Under the pieces are notes generated by a model. That model worked only from the letters and a program-made list of their open reading frames with translations, was not told the origin of the DNA and did no database searches. Below, piece by piece: positions 59,062 through 64,000 of a stretch of DNA of 64,000 nt. The stretch lies in the NCBI GenBank assembly GCA_002269645.1, contig NIVC01000892.1, positions 284,925-348,924 of the forward strand. Reading direction: 5' to 3'. The DNA is from Macrostomum lignano (taxonomy: Eukaryota). Made by a program: the position numbers and the translations under genes. Position 1 is the first letter of the stretch; the number at the start of each line of letters is the position of its first letter.

Positions 59062-60200
59062 TCATTGCGCCGACTTTCTACCAACAAAATAGCCCGTATA
59101 ATAGCCGGACATATACCAGCTCATTAACATATTATAAGTAGATTCGTCCATAGCGGCCGAAGCGGCCTCTGGCAGGCTTGGCAGCGGAGGAGGCGGAGGA
59201 GGCGGCAGCTGATAAGAGCTCGAGGCACCTTCGGGATCGGTAGTGCCGATGGCTGCAGTCGCAGGTTCAGCGGGATAGTCAGTGGACGACTCGGCAGCGA
59301 CAGCAGGCAGCAGGTCAGCCAGCGCCTGCTCTTCGCTGTTGCCGTAGTCGATGAATTCAACAATGCATCGATCGGAATTGGCGGCCAGGCGTACGATTCT
59401 AGCGCGATACTCGATGCCGTCCTCAGACCAGACTGCTCGGCAGAGGTCGCCAACTTGCCAGCGCTGCTGCTGGCTACTGTCTACTTGCTGCTTATGCGAC
59501 TGCTTTTTTTGTTGTTGTTGCTTTTGCTGCTGGTTCTGATTCTGCTGCTGTGGCTGCCTTCCTGTAGAAGAAATAGGAATAAAGACTTTTCCCCTCCTTA
59601 ACCTTCAGGGTAATGTCTTCACCCGTCTTGTGTTAACAGGGTAATGTCTTAACAGGGTGATATCATAGCCTTCCTTTATGCTGATGCCTAACCTTCAGGG
59701 CGATATCTTAACCTTCAGGGTGATATAATAACCTTCAGGGCGATGTCTTAACCTTCAGGGCGATGTCTTAACCTTCAGGGCGATATCATAACCTTCAGGG
59801 CGATGTCTTAACCGTCAGGGCGATGTCATAAACTTTCAGGGCAAAGTCTTTACTTTCAGGCCGATATCCTAACCTTCATGGCGATGCCTAACCTTTATGA
59901 CAATGTCAACCTTCATGGGGATGCCTTAACCTTTAACCTTCAAGATGCGGGTTTCCCACGTGTATTGATGCATTTACGCCACGCTCTCTTATTCTCTGAC
60001 AGTGTGCACAAAATTGCAACAACACTTTTGAATCCAAACGCACCGCCTCTTCGGCCAGTCCTAGCCGGTCCGGCCTCGCCCAGCACGAGTTCCCTGGCCC
60101 TGGCCACGGCTTCATCGTAAGCGGCAATCAGTGAAGAGTCGTCCCAATCTTCTGGGCGTAGCAGAAGATTCTCTTCCGGCTTCGCAGCCTGGTCTGACAT
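59062..60200 (-). CDS. SMN: Survival motor neuron protein, 2 exons, 218 aa
   Basis: Exons 60200-60044 and 59561-59062. Gemin2-binding EDWDDSSLIAAYDEAV, Tudor WQVGDLCRAVWSEDGIEYRARI...VEFIDYGNSE, polyPro, YG box MLMSWYMSGYYTGYFVG. Confidence 0.94.
59595..59935. repeat. 20-bp minisatellite (accttcagggcgatgtctta)n in the SMN intron
   Basis: Visible, diverged at both ends. Confidence 0.92.
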
Positions 60201-60842
60201 TCCACGCAATTCTTACACAGAAAATTGCTTTTCTTTCGATTTAGATTTAATTTAGGCTTCCTCGGCTGAAAGGCGAATAACGCATGACGTTTAACTAAAA
60301 AACAACTCTTTGAGCCTCCTATATCCCCAGGAGTGTAAACTGCCTAACAACAAACAAGCCAGAAAAGCTTTGTTGTCGTATTATCGTTAGAAGCACTGCG
60401 ATTTATATTATAATAGCTTAAAGTATAAAAACTAACCTACTAATTTTATTAGGTTTTAATTTTGCGGATATTTAAAACAGAATATTGTGCAAAAAAAATA
60501 AACTTATAGTACAGAAGTTATTTTAACCTCGCAGAATCTTACCTAGATTTTTGTCTGCCCAGTTAAATGTTTAAAAATACCTTTTATCAAGCGGCGCCTT
60601 ACTGGTTTGCAAGTTAAATTGTGCCATATATTGCGTGCTACGAGCTAAACTTAGCATTAATAGCGAACTTCTTATTTAAACAAAAACTGATTCTAAAAAT
60701 AGAAACCAGCAAACGGCGAACTCGGAGAAGATGCTGGCAAAAATATTATAAAAGCATGTAGCCAGACAGGTAACTAACAGGTAAAGGTGGGACCTCTGCG
60801 ATATACACTGAAAGTAAAGATAATCATTGTCAGCGCGCAAAT

Positions 60843-62335
60843 ATGAGATCGAGAAGCACTAGCTATATTTGTTGCCTGATATTTCTGTGCTGCTGCCTAC
60901 TGTTTATAGTAGGATTACTTCTTTGGTTAAACCTGTTGCTGCTGACTGACCAGTAAGATAGTGTTGACTCGGATTATTTGAACCAATTCGCAAGGACGGC
61001 TACTCCTAGTCACAATGCCACACGGTGAGAGACAGGTCTTCTTATTTATTATAACTTACCAACGCTTCATTTATTATTCGACCAGATATACTGTCACAGA
61101 CTTAGCTCAAAAATGACTCAAAGACCCATTTAACTTTCCAATTTTTATGAAGAATTCAAACTGAGTAAATAATCATGACATTAAATATATAGTGTATGCG
61201 AGATGTATAGTAATGCTGAATTTAGCCCGTAGCACACAACATTTGGCAAAATTTAACTTGCAGGCCAGTATGGCGACACTTTAAAAGTTTGGCGTTTTAG
61301 TAGGACCCATCAAGCGTGCCAAGTCGCGTGCTTTAAAGCAGAAAATATCTTGTTAACTATGCCAGTGGTCTAAAAGATGTAGTTGTCAACTATACTTTCA
61401 GTGTCCAGAAATGGGGAAGCAGAACACAGCAAGGCGGCAGCAGGTGCGCAATACCTCGCATTGAATCGAATCATAGCGCTGTAGAACGCCTAGTTTTCTG
61501 CCAGCTACTCGACCAGAAGAACCGCTTTGAGCCGTTTAATCGATCGAGACTAGTAAACTTTACACAGGATCAAAATGGCTCAACTAATTGCGACGCGTCT
61601 CACGGCAAGCAGCCTCTGTTAACGAATTGGTTCAACTCTAGCCAACTAGCCAAGCGCTGGATCAGCGTTGCGCATTTTCTAGCCTTCATTGGAAACGACA
61701 CATTCCAGGCGGATAAACGATTCAATCAAAGCTGGACAAATGGCAATCGGTTGGAGAGGCTGCGCACTTACACCAGATACCTGATGAGCACTCCAACTAT
61801 GCAAAGCTTGCACCTAACACTGCTTAACAACGGACTAATACCAGCAAACCAGACCAGCATTGAAGCATTCTTCAACGAGACAATGCACCCGTTGTGGTTT
61901 GAATTCTACGGCAGACGGAAAAAGCAGCAACGTCGAGGCTTCTACAATAGTTGCGGCTTTGAGCACGTGTTCGTTGGCGAACTTCGCGGCAAGAAGGTGA
62001 TCGGCTTTCACAACTGGTTGCAGATGCTGGTACAAGAGGAATCAAACAGCCTGACCTACACGGGCAATCGCGGAGTTCAGCAACAACCGGCCATTGTGAC
62101 TAGCGTCTGCTTCAACTGGTTCAAAAGGAAAAAGGATTTCAGCACCATCATGCTAGGCGTGGAGCCAGAGTTTGAGCTGGCACTCTACACTGCAACGCAT
62201 CTGCTCAAGGCTAATGGCGCTAGCAAGCTAACATTGGACGCATCAAGAAGGTGGAGACTAGAAGTGCAGAACTTCGAGAACGATTTCGCTCTCAATCACG
62301 TTCACGCAGCTTATCTGTACCGGTTAAAAGACTGA
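60843..62335 (+). CDS. ENDOU: EndoU (XendoU/PP11-family) uridylate-specific endoribonuclease with N-terminal hydrophobic anchor, 2 exons, 347 aa
   Basis: The catalytic domain GFEHVFVGE...GFHNW...KKDFST...PEFELALYT is clear. Its frame is open back to 61337 with no ATG. Exon 60843-60952 (MRSRSTSYICCLIFLCCCLLFIVGLLLWLNLLLLTD, donor GTAAGA) splices in phase to acceptor tttcag at 61402. Exon 1 is less certain than the domain call. Confidence 0.88.
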
Positions 62336-64000
62336 GCTGATTTCTCTTTTATTGCTAACGTTAAACAGATAAACTTATAGTGGAGGATAAAAATTTATTT
62401 TTTTTTATTTTTTCGATTCTGATTTATATATTTTTCTTTTTTTAAACTCTCCGTTTTAAGCACTAACAACTTCAAGCTTTTAAAGATTTTTGCATAGTTC
62501 CAATTTGATCCTCTGAGAAACTTAGAAGAAAAATATTTTTTGTTGTATCCGGGATACTCAAGTATTCTAAGAAAGTGTCAAGTCTAAAACCCTACTATCT
62601 AAATGTCAATAAAAATAAATCGCAAGCTTATAACTATGCTGCTGTATAACAACACAAAACAAAAATTAGACAATATATTTATGTTGATGGCTTCAATATG
62701 AATTAAAGTTTCACTCTGACAGCGCAATCTGACAACAAAGGCTACGCACAAATAAATCTGGGTAACTCAATAATAACGGTCTGTCTCGAGTATGGAAGAA
62801 GTCCAGATAACTTTGGTTGAAATGGATCAAATTAGTTAATTATGAAATTAAGGAATATTCATGAAAAAATGGTTTCGGCTTCAAATGTTGACTAGCTGGT
62901 GAAACAAACGTGTTAAATCAATTTGAATAGGAATAATAAAGGTTTGACAGTTTTTCACGACAGATTCTGGACGAAATAAAAACACAAATAAACAAAAACT
63001 TTCTATTTAGTCACGAAGAATGAAAACCTTTATTATGTAAGGCTTGAATGACTACAGATTAATTAAATTCATTAGAAAGCGCAACACCATAAGCAAAAAG
63101 TAATTATATGATAATTCACACAAAAGAAAAGGAAAGCAGTCACCAGGAGAGAAAAATTAACACCTGTTATATACCGTTAAGATTTCAACTGGAACAAAAT
63201 CAATATCCAAAAAAGTACGAGACGAGACATAGACGAGACAAATAGACGAGACAAATGAAAACGTCTAACTATTACGATAAACAAATTAAATGTCAATGTT
63301 ATTTATTCATTAATAAATTCTGTCATGCGATAAAACGAGGATAACGAAAATCACAAATCATACAAGCTATCAATACAATGAGGCGCTAGACACAGGACAA
63401 TAATAGTAACAATATAATTTTATTTAAAGTATATAATCACTGCTCTTTACAATTATCACAAAGCACTCGTTTAGGAACACTGAACAGTCGAATTGAGTCG
63501 ACTCAGAGGCATTTCAGAGCAGAGAAAAAACGCTTATATCATTTGAATAATTGAATGAACAACTTCTACAAGTTTTCAATAACCATACTATAAATAGAAT
63601 GATTCTTTTATTAGCAGTACACTTTTTTTTGCTTTACACCCTACTTACAATAGTTAAGAGAAAAATCCTAATAATAACAAAGGGATTGACAGCTGCATGC
63701 ATTTGGAAATACCACCAAATCTTGCTAATATATTTCGGTAATTTATAGATCAATAAAGACACAAAGGAAACTTTAAGCTGCAATTCAGATTTTATACCAG
63801 TATGAGAAAAAAAGTTTGTTGACGCAGATCAAACATTATATTGCCAATACAACACAAGACTGAGAACACGCGTGCGCTTTACGACAAATGTTATAGAATT
63901 GCTGATTAACACAATTTTATACATAGCTATTGTTAGTCCAGATGCACTCGTGACTCAACAGTCGCTCCAAAGTCACTAAGTGAGTTGTTTGCAATGAAGC

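Noticed and set aside
63900-64000. Possible 3' end of a minus-strand gene entering from beyond the window
   Set aside because: Two short open frames, no motif; cannot be judged within this window.

Overview
Eukaryotic (animal) genomic DNA, not prokaryotic: spliceosomal GT-AG genes, tRNA-derived SINEs and many minisatellites. No CRISPR array, rRNA or true tRNA gene was found. GC-rich exons and introns filled with private tandem repeats suggest a free-living flatworm such as Macrostomum lignano (inference only). Eight protein-coding genes were reconstructed by hand with frame-consistent splice sites: an unknown polyQ/coiled-coil gene (minus, runs off the window start), an intronless DEG/ENaC channel, an intronless 251-aa orphan, MRG15/MORF4L1, a small GPI-anchored Ly6/three-finger protein absent from the ORF track, an 8-exon nicotinic acetylcholine receptor alpha subunit, THNSL2 and SMN. 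A ninth gene, a membrane-anchored EndoU ribonuclease, lies head-to-head with SMN. Mobile DNA includes a near-intact IS630/Tc1/mariner element with an unusual DD30E triad, a related internally deleted element, several MITEs/fold-backs, five copies of one SINE, and RTE-LINE and Gypsy relics. Most long ORFs in the supplied track are artefacts of tandem repeats. Best leads: the DD30E transposon family, the ENaC with both pore motifs altered, a possible SMN-THNSL2 operon, a 72-nt perfect intronic hairpin, the Ly6 gene near the nAChR, and intron-filling minisatellites.
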